DNA of 62,740 nucleotides, counting the filler, from Basidioascus undulatus (lineage: Eukaryota), in assembly GCA_000826855.1 (NCBI GenBank). It is 5 parts of 5 records of this genome, joined end to end, with 100 filler letters (N's around TTAATTAATTAA, not from the genome) between each part and the next. Parts side by side here need not be neighbours in the genome. Positions count along the whole stretch, not along the records: positions 12,579 to 25,055 come from JTLS01000904.1; positions 25,156 to 37,623 come from JTLS01000905.1; 3 more parts are not named here. One strand, written 5' to 3'. The position numbers and the translations under genes are program-made. Below the pieces are notes generated by a model, which saw only the letters and a program-made list of their open reading frames with translations, was not told the DNA's origin and searched no databases. The first letter of the stretch is position 1. Every line of letters starts with the position of its first letter. Shown piece after piece: positions 23,503 to 36,791 of this stretch.

Positions 23503-24898
23503 ATGTCCTCCGCCCCCGTAAACGACTACAGCACGATCATCATCGGCGCCGGCTGGGCGGGCGTGACCGCGGCTTACGACCTGACCTTGCAGGGGCACAA
23601 GGTGCTCCTCCTCGAAGCGCGCAGCCGCGTCGGCGGGCGGGCACTCACGCTGGGGAAGGAAGACGGCCTGCCCGGGCCTGTCGATGTCGGGTGCTCGTGG
23701 ATCCATGGGTACCTCGAGGGGAATCCCGTCAGGGGGTTGGCGGAGGAAGTGGGGGTGGTGAGTCCGCGGGAGAGGGTGAGGGGTGGGGCGTGCGCTGACA
23801 AGGGGGAGGATAGGCGGCGCACATGCCGAACCCGACTGAGGGCGCTGTATACTCTGGCGAAGGTGCGTCTTTCACCCACCTTCCATTTCTCAACCCCCCA
23901 GCTGAACCCCCGCTCCAGCGCCCCTCGCCCCCGCCCTGCTCTCCCAGCTCCGCGCGAACCTCCTCAGCGCCCAATCGCTGCCCTCATCCGTCCACCCGCT
24001 CCCTCCAGCATCCACACCCCTCTCCTCGCTCATCTTCCCCGAGTCCTCTCCGCTCTTTTCCGGGCTCGCCTCGCACGCCGAGCGCGAGCTCGCGAAGCGC
24101 TTTGTTAGGACGTGGGAGGGCCCGCTGGGCGCGCCGCTTGAGGAGGTCGGGGCGCGGTGGGCGGGGTGGAAGGCTGAGTTTAGCGGGTGGGTTTTCCGAT
24201 TTTCATCCTTCCCTTGGTTTCCACGCTGATTGGGAGGCTGTGGGGGAACCAGCTCCGACGCCGCCCCCGAAGGCGGGTACCAGCCGCTCCTCACCCTCGT
24301 GCTCTCCGTCGCGCAAACGCGGGGGGCCACCCTGCGTCTCTCCGAGCCCGTGCAGTCCCTCACGCACCTCCCCACCGGGCAAGTCTCCGTGTTCACCACC
24401 ACCGGCGCAACCTACACCGCGTCCACGGTGATCAACACGATCCCGCTCGCGGTCCTCCAGTCCTCTTCAGCGCCAACGTTCGACCCGCCGCTCCCGCCCA
24501 GAAAGGTCGAGCTCATTCGAAACACGCACGTCGGCGAGCTCGAGAAGATTGTTCTGGCGTACCCGAGCGCGTGGTGGCCCGCCCCGGAGGAGACGGGGAG
24601 CTTCACGCTCCTCCCCTCCGCGCAGCTGCAGCTGGACACCACCTCGGACTTGGAGGACCCCAGTGCGATCCTCAGCGCCGCTGCCCTCGTAATCGCCTCC
24701 TTCTCCGCGGGTGCACTCCCCGACCCACACCCCACCCTCCTCATCTACATCCCGCCCCTCACCGCGCGCGCCCTCGCCCCGCACTCCTCCGCCTCAATCA
24801 TAGCCGCCGCGCACGCGCTCCTGTCCTCGCGGCTCTCCCCCTCCTCCGCGGTCCCCCAACCCAGCGCCGCACACTACACGAACTGGCTCGCCGACCCG
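23503..24898 (+). CDS. Flavin-containing amine oxidase (polyamine oxidase-like), 3' end lost at the contig break
   Basis: IIIGAGWAGVTAA...VLLLEARSRVGGRA (FAD-binding GxGxxG), DVGCSWIHG, GGYQPL, VINTIPLAVLQ...FDPPLP, EKIVLAYPSAWW and TNWLADP. Confidence 0.9.
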
Positions 24899-25055
24899 GT
24901 TCGTCTCTCCCCCCCCCCTCCTCCTTGCACATCAACGCTACTCACGCTCCCGCTCCTCTTCCTCGCCTTCCCGCTCCCAACCCCCGCCCCCGCTCCCGCC
25001 TCCCCCTCAGCAGCAAACACCCTCCTGACCCTCAACCCCTCATGCCGCTCCCAAC

Positions 25056-25155
25056 NNNNNNNNNNNNNNNNNNNNNNNNNNNNNNNNNNNNNNNNNNNNT
25101 TAATTAATTAANNNNNNNNNNNNNNNNNNNNNNNNNNNNNNNNNNNNNNNNNNNN
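25056..25155. other. Artificial contig linker
   Basis: N44-TTAATTAATTAA-N44. Confidence 0.98.
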
Positions 25156-25213
25156 CACTCCCTCGACCCACACCCCGACCCACACCCCGACCCGGACGAC
25201 GTGGTCCGCGCCG

Positions 25214-28200
25214 CACAACAGCAATACGCGAACCTCTTCTTCCTCCTCCAGTCGGAGCCGCGGCACATCGCGAGCCTATGCCGGCTAGTATCTCTCGCGG
25301 AGATCGACACGCTCCTGCAGACGGTCATGTTTACGCTCTACGGGAACCAGTACGAGAGCCGGGAGGAGCACCTACTGTTGACTATGTTCCAGGTTCGCTT
25401 CTCCACGTCTTCTGTCTTCCCTCCCTTCTCTCCCTCCTTTCCCTCCTTCCCCCTCCCTCTCCCTTTCCCGGCGCTCCTTCTACCGGCGTTCCGCAAGATG
25501 GGAGATGCTGATGATGGGGTGGGGTGGGATGCAGTCCGTCCTCGCCGCCCAGTTCGAGACCGCGACCGAGTTCGGGTCCCTCCTCCGCGCCAACACGCCT
25601 GTCAGCCGGATGATGACGACGTACACGCGCCGCGGGCCGGGCCAGAGCTACCTCAAGAGCGTCCTCGCCGAGCGCATCAACAGCCTCATCGAGCACAAGG
25701 ACCTCAATTTGGAGATCAACCCGCTCAAGGTGGGTTGCTCTTTCCTCCTTCCTCTTCCCCTTGCCTTCCCTCTTGCTCCTACCCCAACTCCCCGCTCTCC
25801 CTTCCTGATTCCCCCTTCCCCCATCCTACTGTCCATTTCCCACACCCTTCCCCGTCTCTCCTTTCCTCCGTCCCATCCGGAATCGGCCACTGATGCTTTC
25901 TGGGGAGAACAGGTCTACGAGCAGATGGTGCAGCAGATCGAGTCGGACACCGGCACGCTCCCGCCCGAGCTGCCCCGCGGCGTCTCGCCCGAGGTCGCGG
26001 CCGCGAACCCAGACGTGCAGGCGATCATCGCCCCGCGCCTCACGATGCTCATGGAGATCGCAAACTCGTTCCTCCTCACCATCATCGACTCGATAGAGAC
26101 CGTCCCGTACGGCATTCGCTGGATCTGCAAGCAGATTCGAAGCCTTACTAAGGTGCGTTGCGCTGCATTATTGCTCTCCCCCGCCCCTCCCCCCTCCATT
26201 CCCTGCCCGTCTTCGCCGGTGTTCCGTGTCCCCACTTGGTGCGGTTTCGGCTTGGATGGGACGGCCGGGAGGAAGTATGGGGAAAGGAGGAGAGGCGGGA
26301 GGTCGGGGAGAGAGGAAAGAGCGCGCAGGCTGAAACTTGGTGGGGTTGGGAAATGTGTGGATGGGGGTGGAACAGCGCAAGTACCCCGAGGCGAGCGACT
26401 ACGCGATCTGCAGCCTCATCGGCGGCTTCTTCTTCCTCCGCTTCATCAACCCCGCGGTCGTCACGCCCCAGGCGTACATGCTCGTCGACGGCGTGCCCGC
26501 TAAGCACCCGAGGAGGACGCTCACGCTCGTGCGTCCTTTTGCCTTCTCCTTTCACTCTTGCCCTCCTTTTCCCTCTCCCTTCCTCGTCCCCACCCCTTCC
26601 TTCTTTCCCCTTGTCCCTTGTCCGATGCGCCCTGATCCCCAGACGCGGAAACTGACGCGCGCTGGACTGGTACCGACAACAGATCGCCAAGATGCTCCAG
26701 AACCTGGCGAACAAGCCGAGCTATGCCAAGGAGGCGTACATGATCCAGCTCAACCCGTTCGTCGAGAACAACAAAGCGCGCATCAACCAGTTCTTGAACA
26801 ATTTGTGCGAGGTCGGCGACTTTTACGACCAGCTCGAGGTGAGTTTGGCGGGTAGATTCGGCTGGCGATAGTGGGTTGCGAACGAGGCAGGGGTTCCTGG
26901 GGCAGTGCGGGGAAGGGGAAAGGGTCGGTTGGGCTGGGTGCGGTTGGGAGGTCGGGCTTGAGGAGGATTGTGGGACGGAGAAGCTGGACACGCAAGAGTG
27001 GCAGAGAAGATCGGTAGCTGACACCAGGGACAATGGCGGGCACGGGGGTGAACAGATGGACCAGTACATGGCCCTCAGCAAAAAGGAGCTCATGATCGAG
27101 ATCACGCTCAACGAGCTGTACAACACGCACGCGCTCCTACAGCAGCACATCGACATTCTCGTGCGTCCCGGTCCCCGGTCGCTTTCCCCCGCACCCCCGC
27201 ACCTCTCCGCTTCGAGACAAACTTGCTGAAATCGACCCCCGACAAGTCCCCAAACGACAAGCAGCACCTCCGCATCCTCCTCGACGAGCTCGGCTCGGCG
27301 CCGCCGCTCGTGCCCCGCAAGGAGAACCGCGCGATCAACCTGCCCATGTACAGCCGCTGGGAGACGCCCATTCAGGACCTCACGACGGCGTTGATGGCCG
27401 AGAGCAACATCACGCAGGTGCGTCTGGCCTGGGAGATCGTCAATTCGTAGGGCGTGTGAGACTGACAGGGAAGGGTGTTGCGCTGCAGAACGATATCCTG
27501 TACATGGAGGCGAAATCGAGTGCGTTCGCGGTGGCGCGCTGTTGTGAACCGAGGATGCGTGTCGACTGACATAGGGTGATGGGCTTCGGCGCACAGTCTT
27601 CGTCCAACTCATCCGTTCCCTGCCCAGCGCGAGCGGAAAGCGACCTATCGACCTGCCCGCGATCGCCGAGCGCGCAGCGACGACGAAGGACGCCGTGCTC
27701 GTGCGCAAAGGAATCAAGGTTAAGGAGATGCTGCGCGAGCTCGAGGAGCTGCACGTCGTCGACCACCGGGACGACTATGCGCTCATGCAAGAAGAAGTCT
27801 CGGCCGAGCTCGCGCACCTGGGCAACATCCGGGAGAAAGTCGTGCTCGAGACGCGCTCGCTCGAGGCCGTGTACAAGACGATCTGCGACCACAATAACTA
27901 CCTCCGGAGCCAGCTCGAGAGCTACAAGGCGTACCTCGCCAACGTCCGCATCAACTCGAGCAAGGACTCCAAGGGCGCGAGCGGCGGCGTCGGCGTCGTC
28001 ACCGTCGGCGGAAAGGAGAAGAAGCCCGCAAAGAGCCAGGTACTCGGCCCGTACCGGTTCACGCACGCCCAGCTCGAAAAAGAGGGAATCATTGCGGAGA
28101 GCAACGTCCCGGAGAACCGGTGCGTTTACCACCTGCTGTCTTTCCTGATGGTCGCGACCGGTTGACTGGCGATGTTCCTGCCGGCAGACGAGGAAACATC

Positions 28201-28546
28201 TACTTCAACTTCACGAGCCCGACGCCCGGGACGTTCATAATCGCGCTCCATTACAAGGGGTGCGTCGTCGAACGGCTGTGAGGCGGTGGTCTGTTCGCCT
28301 TGAGCTGACGCACTGCCCCTCCCATTTAGGCGTGAAAAGGCAATTCTTGAGATGGACCTTAAGATCGACGACTTGCTCGAGAAGGTGCGTCGTCCTCTGC
28401 CCTCCTGGCGCGGAAAAATACACGCTGATTGCCGCATGTGGGAATAGCAAAACGACGGCGTCAAGCTGCTCGACCTCGAGTACGTCCAGCTCAACGTCGA
28501 CAAGACGACGCAGCTCCTCCAAAAGACGTTCCGCGGTCGCAAGTGA
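25214..28546 (+). CDS. Ras GTPase-activating protein of the fungal Gap1/Sar1 type (RasGAP plus RasGAP_C), 5' truncated
   Basis: [16 protein letters not shown]...[83 protein letters not shown] and [14 protein letters not shown]. Ends KTFRGRK*. Confidence 0.93.
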
Positions 28547-29271
28547 GCGCGCGCGCTGCCGCCCTTGTCCTCGCCCTCATCCCTACGTCCACCCTCCTCT
28601 CCGCACGCGTCTCGGCTGGCCCGGCTCGCACCCCGTCCCCTCTCCTCTCCGCACGACCGACCGTTCGCCTCCTGGTCTCCCTCTATCGCGCGAGGGTCCG
28701 CCTCTGCACCCATCCTCGTCCGCGACGCTCGGCGTCTCTCGGCCCGGTTCGTTCTCGCTCTGTGCTCTGTTCCGGTGGTCGTTCTTTCGTCTTGGTTCTC
28801 GGTCTCGGTCTCGGTCTCGATCTTGGTCTGTAAAACGCTCTCGTATCTCTTCGCTATGTTCGTGTTCCATACTCGCTCCTACTTTCACGCCCCTACTACG
28901 GCGCTTCCTGTCTTTTTAGCTTCTATTCCCTTAACCACTCCCTTACTTCTAGCACATACCTCGACTCTACGTTATGCCCAGCCGCCATCCCGATTCCCCT
29001 CGATACTGTGCCTAATCTTGACTATTACTGGCTCCATTCGTGTTACGTCTGTGCCTTCTCCCTTCGTCACGCTGTGGTTCGCTTCGTGTCCCTGCTTAAC
29101 TAGTGCTGCTCTCGTTCGCTTCCCCTAGTCTGCGTCTTCTTGTCACATACACTTCATTGTACTGCGTTGCCCCGACCACGTCTGCGCTTGTGTGGATGAT
29201 GATTAGACCCGGCAAACGAGCATAGGGACAGTCGCAGAACGGAAGAATTGATCGTGCGGAATGAATGTGCA

Positions 29272-31459
29272 TCAGTCAAGCCCATGGAAGCGCTCGGGCA
29301 AGACGATGGGTGCGACAAGCGCTATGATTGCGGCACCCGAGCCATGCGGGATCAGTCAGCACTACCGCTGGGAAGCAAGGCAACACTAAAGGGAAAGAAT
29401 CGTGACGTACACCAACTGTAGATGGCAAAGCACAGCCAAGAAGAGACGATGCGCATCCACATCGCCGTTACGCTCCGGCCGATCGTGACAGGCTGGTCGC
29501 CCGACTCGGTCTCGTCGCCGACTGCACGGATGACGTTCCTGTGGGGTAGGCGTGCGCAAATGTCAGCTCGACTGGGCGTGGAGAGCAGGAAGGGGGGAAA
29601 AGAAACCTACCAGTCGGTGAGCAGCATGGCAACGTACATCGCCGCCTGCGAGAAGAAGCCATCGAACTTCAGAACATGCGCATGTGAAATTGACGCGTAG
29701 AAGACGCACCAGAGCGAAGATGACGTGGAACCAGGAGTACTGCGAAAGTACTGTGAGTCGTCTTAATGAAGATCGAGGAGACGGAGGGATGAACATACGT
29801 TGTACTTGGTACCGGTGCGCTCGTCGTCGCGAGCCTCGCCAGTAACCTCCTCCTCCTCGTCCGACTCCTCCACCTCGTCGAGAGCAGAAGCGGGGATAGC
29901 ACTGCATGGCGGCAGCGTGGTAAGCCACCGGTCCAGTCCGCTCTAAGCGTACGTCTCGCGCCGCACTTACCCAGCCTCGATAGCAGCCATCATCGCCTGA
30001 ATGCGGATGTTGTCCTTGCGCGTCGGCTGGGTGTTCACGACGCCCATGCCGGCCTCCCCCGTGTCGAGCGCGGAATACCCGTCCGCCGCGTCCCCGCCCT
30101 TCTTCTTCTTGCCCACGAGCGCCTTGCTCTGCGTCGCGGCGCGCGATGTCGAGTACGCGATCGCAAGGAAGGTGAATACCGCGCCGAGGACCACCGTCGT
30201 CGTCTTGGTCGTGCTCGTCGGCCCGCGTAGCGGGTTGCACGATCCGACGTGGTTGACGACCCCGGAGGTGACGAGGTACGTGCAGTACGCGGCCACCATT
30301 CCGGCCTGGGCGAGACCGCTCTTTGGGTTGGCGTCTTGCACCGGCGGGCTGACAGAGAGGATGGTGACGAGAATGCAGAGCGCGAGGTTGAACGAGATGA
30401 AGAACGTGTTGAGGCCGCAGCCGGAGCCGGCGAAGAACGCGTACATCACGCCCGTGAGCGCGATCGTCGCCGCGTAGAGACCGAACGTCGAGCCAAGGAG
30501 GATGAACTTCCACAGGTCCGAATCGCGCCGCTCCCAGTTGTCGAGGCACGTCTCGGACCACGTGTGCGCGAAGTCGACGAGGAGAACGAGCCCGATGAGG
30601 ATGAAGATCGACGCGCCGATGAGGGCAATGTAGTTGCTCCAAACCATAAAGAACTCGTTCGGGATGACGAAGGAGATGACCACGAGTACGAGCCAAGCAA
30701 GAACCCTGCGGGTGGTGCAAGAGCGTCAGCTGGACATTCTCTTGCAGTCACCCAATGCGAGGTTGGCGTACTTCGGGCCCCACCAGCTGTTACGAGCCAT
30801 GGTAGCAATTAGTAAAAATGTTCCATGGGCGGTGTGAAGGCAGTGGTGACGTACCCGTTCTGGATAGAAGCACGCTTGTCGCGGGTGTCCTTGACGCCGA
30901 CAAGCAGCAGTCCCAGAATGAAATGCAGCAGGGAGAGTGCGAAGCAAAACCGGTGCACCTATAGATCCCAGCTTCAGCACTTCATGCCTTTCCCGTTCGC
31001 CTCTTCCCTGTTGCAGTACGAAGGAAGATAGCGCACCGCCAATACGCCATAGCACTTGCCCTCCGTACACTCCATCTTCAGCCAGTCGTAGCTTATCTTC
31101 TCGATGGCGTGGATGGCCCATCGAGTGCGCATGAGCCATGCCAGAAGGGAATTCAGGGTGAAGATGACCTGCACAGGAGCAATGGTTTAGCACGCGTCAA
31201 CCTGTACCCGCGAAAACGCAGGGGCTCACGCCGTAGCCGATACGAGTTGCCACGGACGAGTTGCAGTTGCATGACCTGGAAGTCCCCATCTCTTTAGCCC
31301 CACCGAGGCCGCCCCCCAGCTAATGAGTTTATGGACGCACTTGAACATGGCTGACAACGCAGTGCTCGTGCAGCAGAATGCGGCAGCGCCGATGCAGCTG
31401 GAAGCAATGGTCGCGAGCGGGCCGCCCGCGAAAGGGAGGAAGCCCAAGCAGGCCGCCAT
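29272..31459 (-). CDS. TMS1: Serinc/TDE-family membrane protein (Tms1), multi-exon
   Basis: SCNCNSSVATRIGY, CYGVLAV, IFILIGLVLLVDFAHTWSETC, NPKSGLAQAGMVAAYCTYL, YSWFHVIF...AAMYVAMLLTDW and WMRIVSSWLC...LVAPIVLPERF. Confidence 0.93.
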
Positions 31460-32014
31460 GGTCGATAGAGCGGGTTAGGCCGCCGGTAGAGAGCTTGAGG
31501 ATATGGAAACCGGGTCAGTAAACGAATCGAGGAGGAAGGCGCGAAGGTGGTGGCGGATGGGGTGCAAGGAGGCGATCAAGTGACGCCGGATCCAGGGGCA
31601 CTCGGCTCAGGCGGCACGCGAGCTCACTTTCTTTGGCGTTTCTCCCGACGTGGCGGTACCAGCATCGCATTTTCAGTCAGAACCTCGCCGCTTTCTTTGG
31701 TTCATGCTTTTCAGAGTCTACGATTGAGTCTGAAGTTCATTCAATCAAGAAATACAACAGACATGGACGTAATGCCTGACATCAGGACGTCCGATACAAC
31801 TCGACATCTGCGGTTAACATCGAAGTACAGCTTATCAAAGGGACATGTGAGCTCCAAGAAGGTCAACGCACAACCAAAGAAAATTTATACTGAGAAGACT
31901 GAGTTTAAGAGAGCTGCTAATGCATTGTGATATGAGTAACCGTGTCGCTGAGGGAGAGCTGTTCCGGTCCGGCACGACCACAGGCACGGCCTGCGCTACG
32001 GCTTCACGACGACA

Positions 32015-32218
32015 ATGCGGCAGCTGTCAGATTGGTTCAAATGCGTTCGAGAAACAACTCAAAAAGCCGTCTATGGGGCGACACAGGTGTACGTGTGTGG
32101 ACCGGAAGGGCTCGTGGCGAACACACTTGCTGCTGGGGCGCAGTGCTGCAGCCCGGCCAAGGTGGCCAGGGGAGACGAGAGCGGGGACGTGCGTGTCCTG
32201 GTAAAGAACTTTGATTGA
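32015..32218 (+). pseudogene. Orphan C-terminal fragment resembling a ferric reductase NAD-binding tail
   Basis: VRETTQKAVYGATQVYVCGPEGLV...DVRVLVKNFD* (VxVCGP followed by a terminal aromatic residue). No upstream exons recognised. Confidence 0.4.
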
Positions 32219-32389
32219 ACGATTGAGGAGCAATTCTGTTGTCGCATGCGTATGCGCGTTTAGGCGCTGCCGAGGGAGTGAGAATGTGGCGAGCGCGGTG
32301 TGAGGAATGACAAGTCGAGTGAAATGCACAAGATGCACACCAAAAAGAAATCTGCGCAATAATGCATGTCCAAGCCTCAGGAAGATCTA

Positions 32390-35300
32390 TCACCCGAACC
32401 TGATCGGCTTAGATTCGTCCCAAGCGCCCCATCGCGAGTCGTCCTGCGCCTGCGGGACGCTTGCGTACTGCGACAGCGGGGCCGACGCGGGCGCCGGAGG
32501 CGGCGCGTACGGCAGATGCTGCTGCTGCTCATACGGCTGCTGTGGTGGTGCGGAAGGTACGGGCGAAGGGGAATGGGAAACGTTGTTGAGCGAGTCGGCG
32601 AGATGGCTGCGCAGCGATGGCGACTGGTCAGCAATGAACGCCGGCCCGACGAGGACAAGGGAACGTACCCGACAGCGCCCTGTTTCTCCATCCGCCTGGC
32701 GTGCACCCAGCCCTGCGCGGCGGTGCGCAGCTGCCCGGCGATGCCCGCAAAATCGTTGTAGAACTGCAGACCCTCGAGGACGTTGAGCCGGAGCTCGCGG
32801 TACTTGTGGTACGCGAGGTCGAGCGTCTGGAGCGCCTGCTCGCGCCGCTTAATCGTGGAGTCCGACTTGCGCGCGGCGAGGAACTGCTTGTTGAGGGTCT
32901 GTAGGTTCGATCCACCCCTTGCTCAGCCACAGAACGGATTCCGGCTCAAGCGGAACAGCCAGCCGCAGACACACCCGGATGTTTTCCAGGAGCTCGCCCT
33001 GCTTCCGTCCGCTCTCCTCCAGCTCCGCCTCGTATCGGCCGTACTTCCCCAGCTCGCGCTCAAACAGCGGCTCAAACTGGGCCGCCTCGATCCTGACCTC
33101 CCCGACCGCGCCCCTCTGACCCAGCTCGCCCGCTTCCCGCATCACCGCAGGCCGCACATCGTCGCGCTTCGAGAGGCGACGCGCCTCGTCGACTGCCCGC
33201 CCGCGCGAGGCGACAACGTCGTCGAGCTCCTCCAGTGCCGCGCGGAGCTCGCGCGTGACGCGGATCTGCTCCGTCTGCGATGGGGAGGACGGCCGGCCGG
33301 GGGCGGAAAGAGTCGTTACGGACGAGGGCACGAAGGACTCCAGTGTGGACGGGTCGTCGGTGCCCAGCAGGCCGATGTACCGCTCCCACTCGTCGAGCTT
33401 TTGTCGGACGAGCTCGTCGGAGGACGACGCGGCCGCGAGCGTCTCGCGGTACCGCTGCGTCTGCGACGTCAAGTGCGCGTTGGCCTCGTGCGAGGGCGGA
33501 TGGGAGAAGTTCGCAGTGGGGTAGGTCGTGCGAAGCTGCTCGTCTTCGGTCGCTTCTTGATCGAGGAGGTCCAGCGTCTGGAACGAGCGAACGTAGCCAT
33601 GAGCACACCTGAAAGCGAGATCTGGATTCTGTGAGGCGTATACGGACCTCTTCAAGAACGTCCGAGTCTGAACGAGCGACGCGCCGGACGTCCTGCATGA
33701 GTTGCCGTATCGCGTTCAGCCCGCCCTCCTGCCGAACCTCCTCTGCCTTCTTGAGCAGCGTAGGCGGCAGGCCCGCCGGGCGCTCCAGAGCCTGTAACGA
33801 GCCAGGCAAGTTGAGGGAGTGCAGCGTGCTGGTCGCCACCCCACCAGTCAGATCTTGCCGCCGACAGCTACCCCTTCAGTGAGGCGCCTGGGACTCACCT
33901 AGCCTGCACGCCATCCAAGTCCGCCTTCTTCCCCTCCAGCTCCCGCACGCGTTGCTCCTTGCGCTCGTCCCACAAGCTGATCGCGAGGTGCACCGCAAAC
34001 GGCACGAGCGTCTGGAAGAGCGGCTGGCCGAGCCCGCCCGGGCCCGTGTGCAGGTGCTGGATCGGCTTCTCGACTTCGGGTGGGAGCACGGGCTTGACCA
34101 TCGCGGCGGCCGGGATGGAGGGTAGGGAGGACGCAGCCGGGATGGGCTGAAGGTAGATCAGGTCATTGTCGCGCGTCGCGCGGGTGACGTTCGTCGCGAG
34201 AATGCCTTGCAGCGACTTTGGTGAAAGGGCTTGTGAGCGCTGCTCTATGGCGTACCACGGAAAGCATAGAAACGCACCTTCAGATCGGAGATGACGGCAT
34301 CGGCAACTCCTCCGCGCTTGGACGCGTCAAGCGCCTTCTTGACAAGATCTTGGGCGACCTTCAGCCGGCCGAGCTCGTCGCCGTACCTGCAGTACTCTTG
34401 TCAGCTTTGCCCCAGACGGAGTGGCAAGAAGACTGGGACCTGTTCGAGCCAAGATCATCCAAACTCTTCCGGTACTGTGCGGCAGCAGCGAAGTGGTGAT
34501 TCTTGACGGTCAAGTGGGTGATCCAAGACTGCGCAGCGCTGTCAGCCGACCGCACACTTGCTCGCATTTGAGAGGAACTTACTGAAGGTACAGAGTCGGA
34601 CGGGGGTGGTCGTGCGCCCTTTGCAGCCTCGAGAGCCTTCTCGTAGAACTCCGAGACCTGCACATTTACCGGTTTCAGACTTCCATACAGATACCCGAGC
34701 CCAATGAGAAGACGGGGACTCACCGCAGCGGAGATCTTGGCGATAGTGCCATTCTTCAGCTTGTCCAGCACCGCCTTCTGCCAGAAGCACTCCTGTGCCT
34801 GCGCAAGCATGAGCTGCTCGAGCATGCCGAGGAAGCCGGCGCTAAGGTCGGGTGTTGGTGCCTCGGCGAGACGGAGGAGGGGAAGGGAGGCCGAGGCGTG
34901 GGCGAAGAGAGCTGCTGCGTTCTACGTTACCGCCCTCAGCATCCCAGTGCGCTTCCACCCGTGCTAGGAAATCAGCTCACTTGAAACCAGGCCACAGCGC
35001 GCTTGATCCCCTCCGTCGCCTCGCGCGACTCGGCCCCGGCCAGCTGCGAGTACATCGCGCCGATGTTGAAGAGGGTTGCGACGCGCTCGTACTGGACATT
35101 GGGAAGCGCATAGAAGTCGGAGAGGGCCGCGGAGAGGGAGAAGGTTGTTTGGGGTGGGAAAGGCTGGGCGTAAGGGAAGGAGAGGCCGATGTCGAGAGGG
35201 AACTTGGTGGAGATGAACGACAGCTGGGCGTGATATCTGCCCCATCCACCGCCATACTTTAAGCTGTCCAGAACCTGATCGAGATCTTCAAATTAATGAA

Positions 35301-35529
35301 CTCAAACTCACGTTATCAGCTCATGCAACGTCTCTACGTGAACGTCGAGTCCCTTCGGGCCCTCCCGCGCAATCACACCGTTGCGGAGCGCGTCCCACTG
35401 CTTGATGTCTGCCTTGAACTCGTCCGGGTGCGAGTCCGTGAAATGTTCAGAGATGTACGATCGAACCGCCGCCTGGAGATTTGGCAGCGGCTGTGAAGGT
35501 TTGAACGGCGTCGTTAGTTGGTTGGGCAT
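32390..35529 (-). CDS. RIM20: Bro1/ALIX-V domain pH-response protein PalA/Rim20, multi-exon
   Basis: MPNQL...YISEHFTDSHPDEFKADI, ERVATLFNIGAMYSQL, LEQLMLAQAQECFWQKAV, RDNDLIYLQPIP, PLFQTLVPFAVH, LHSLNLPGSLQALERP, EATEDEQLR and a Pro-rich tail ending WDESKPIRFG*. Confidence 0.9.
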
Positions 35530-35703
35530 CGTAAACGTGGTCAATGTGCAAGGGGCGACGCCGGCCTGGGAGTCCTGAGGTCGTTACTCGACGGCGGCGA
35601 TTCAAGGTGCGCTTCCGGCTCACGACACTGTCCTCCTACCTCCATCATCCCACAAAACGGACTCTGCTCATTTTTACCTAGCGTGCTCCAATACTTACAT
35701 ACC

Positions 35704-36697
35704 ATGTCCACCCCGAAGCTTCCGCTCGAGACCGTCTATCGCATCGTCGAGCTCGTCGCCGAGCCGGCATGCCCACTAGCCTACACCCCCGACTAAGCCA
35801 CGCTCGCCTCGCTTTGCCTCGTATCTCGATCCGTTCTTTCGGTTTCACAAGCCCATCTTCATGAATTGATTGTGATTAGCACGCCGTATCTTCTTGCGAC
35901 CCTCCAGGACACCCTGGAGAGGCACGCTTCTCTGGTAGCGCTGGTTCACTCATTGACCCTGCCATTTGTCACCAACATCTCACCTCGGGGGGGCCGCCAT
36001 GGCTGGTGGAACAGTCGCTGGACAAATTTGATCTGGTTACGCCGTCTTTCCGACGTCTCGTCGTCTCGGACAACACGTTCATGCCGGACCTCGTCGATAT
36101 GCCTATCAACGACCCTGCCCCCGGGGATCCGATCTTGCTCCCGACCCGGCATTCCGGTGGCGTCCAAATTCGAACACTTGGAAGAATGTGTCCTGGGTGC
36201 AGACCCAATGCGTAACAATGATGCGATCCGGCTTACCGTCTTGTGTAACGCCGAAACGCTCAATCGCCTGCGGCGGTTGGCCGTCCCTCGACTCGATTTC
36301 ACTACAGCATCTCCAGCGACGGACGTTCTCTGTTGCTATCCGATCTTTCTGTCCTATCCAGCCTGACGGACCTGGTCTCGTCTTCGAACGAGCTTCTCAG
36401 GAGACCTCCTCATTCCCTCCGAACTTGATCACATTTCTGAAGCACAGGCCTTAGCTCGAACGCCACGTTCTTCTCGTGGCGGGTGCCATGGCGGAAGAGC
36501 AATTGCTTCGAGAGCTTCTGGAGGAAGAGGGGCGCTCGGCAACCGTTTTCAAGGACGTGGAAACAAGCGTTCAAGAGTGGATGATTGAAAGAGCGATTGA
36601 AGGGAACAGGTTGAACAGATATGTTGAGATAATCTGGTGCCTGGTGATATGGGAGAACATTGTCGTGGTACTATGTTCACAATTTCATGCACCTTGA
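35704..36697 (+). pseudogene. F-box-like gene with an in-frame stop and frameshifts
   Basis: MSTPKLPLETVYRIVELV...TPD*ATLASLCLVSRSVLSVSQAHLH: TAA at 35794-35796 interrupts the F-box-like motif. Downstream coding-like sequence switches frame several times. Confidence 0.65.
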
Positions 36698-36791
36698 GGC
36701 TGCTCCGAGAACGCTGCGTCCGCAACGTAGTGCCACATCTACCGAAGTCCGCTCACCACTGACCAACTTTGCAGGTCTACGACAATCCTTC

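Noticed and set aside
25164..25193. CGACCCACACCC short tandem repeat; also (TCTCGG)n near 28797-28820
   Set aside because: Simple intronic or UTR repeats with no spacer structure, so not CRISPR-like.
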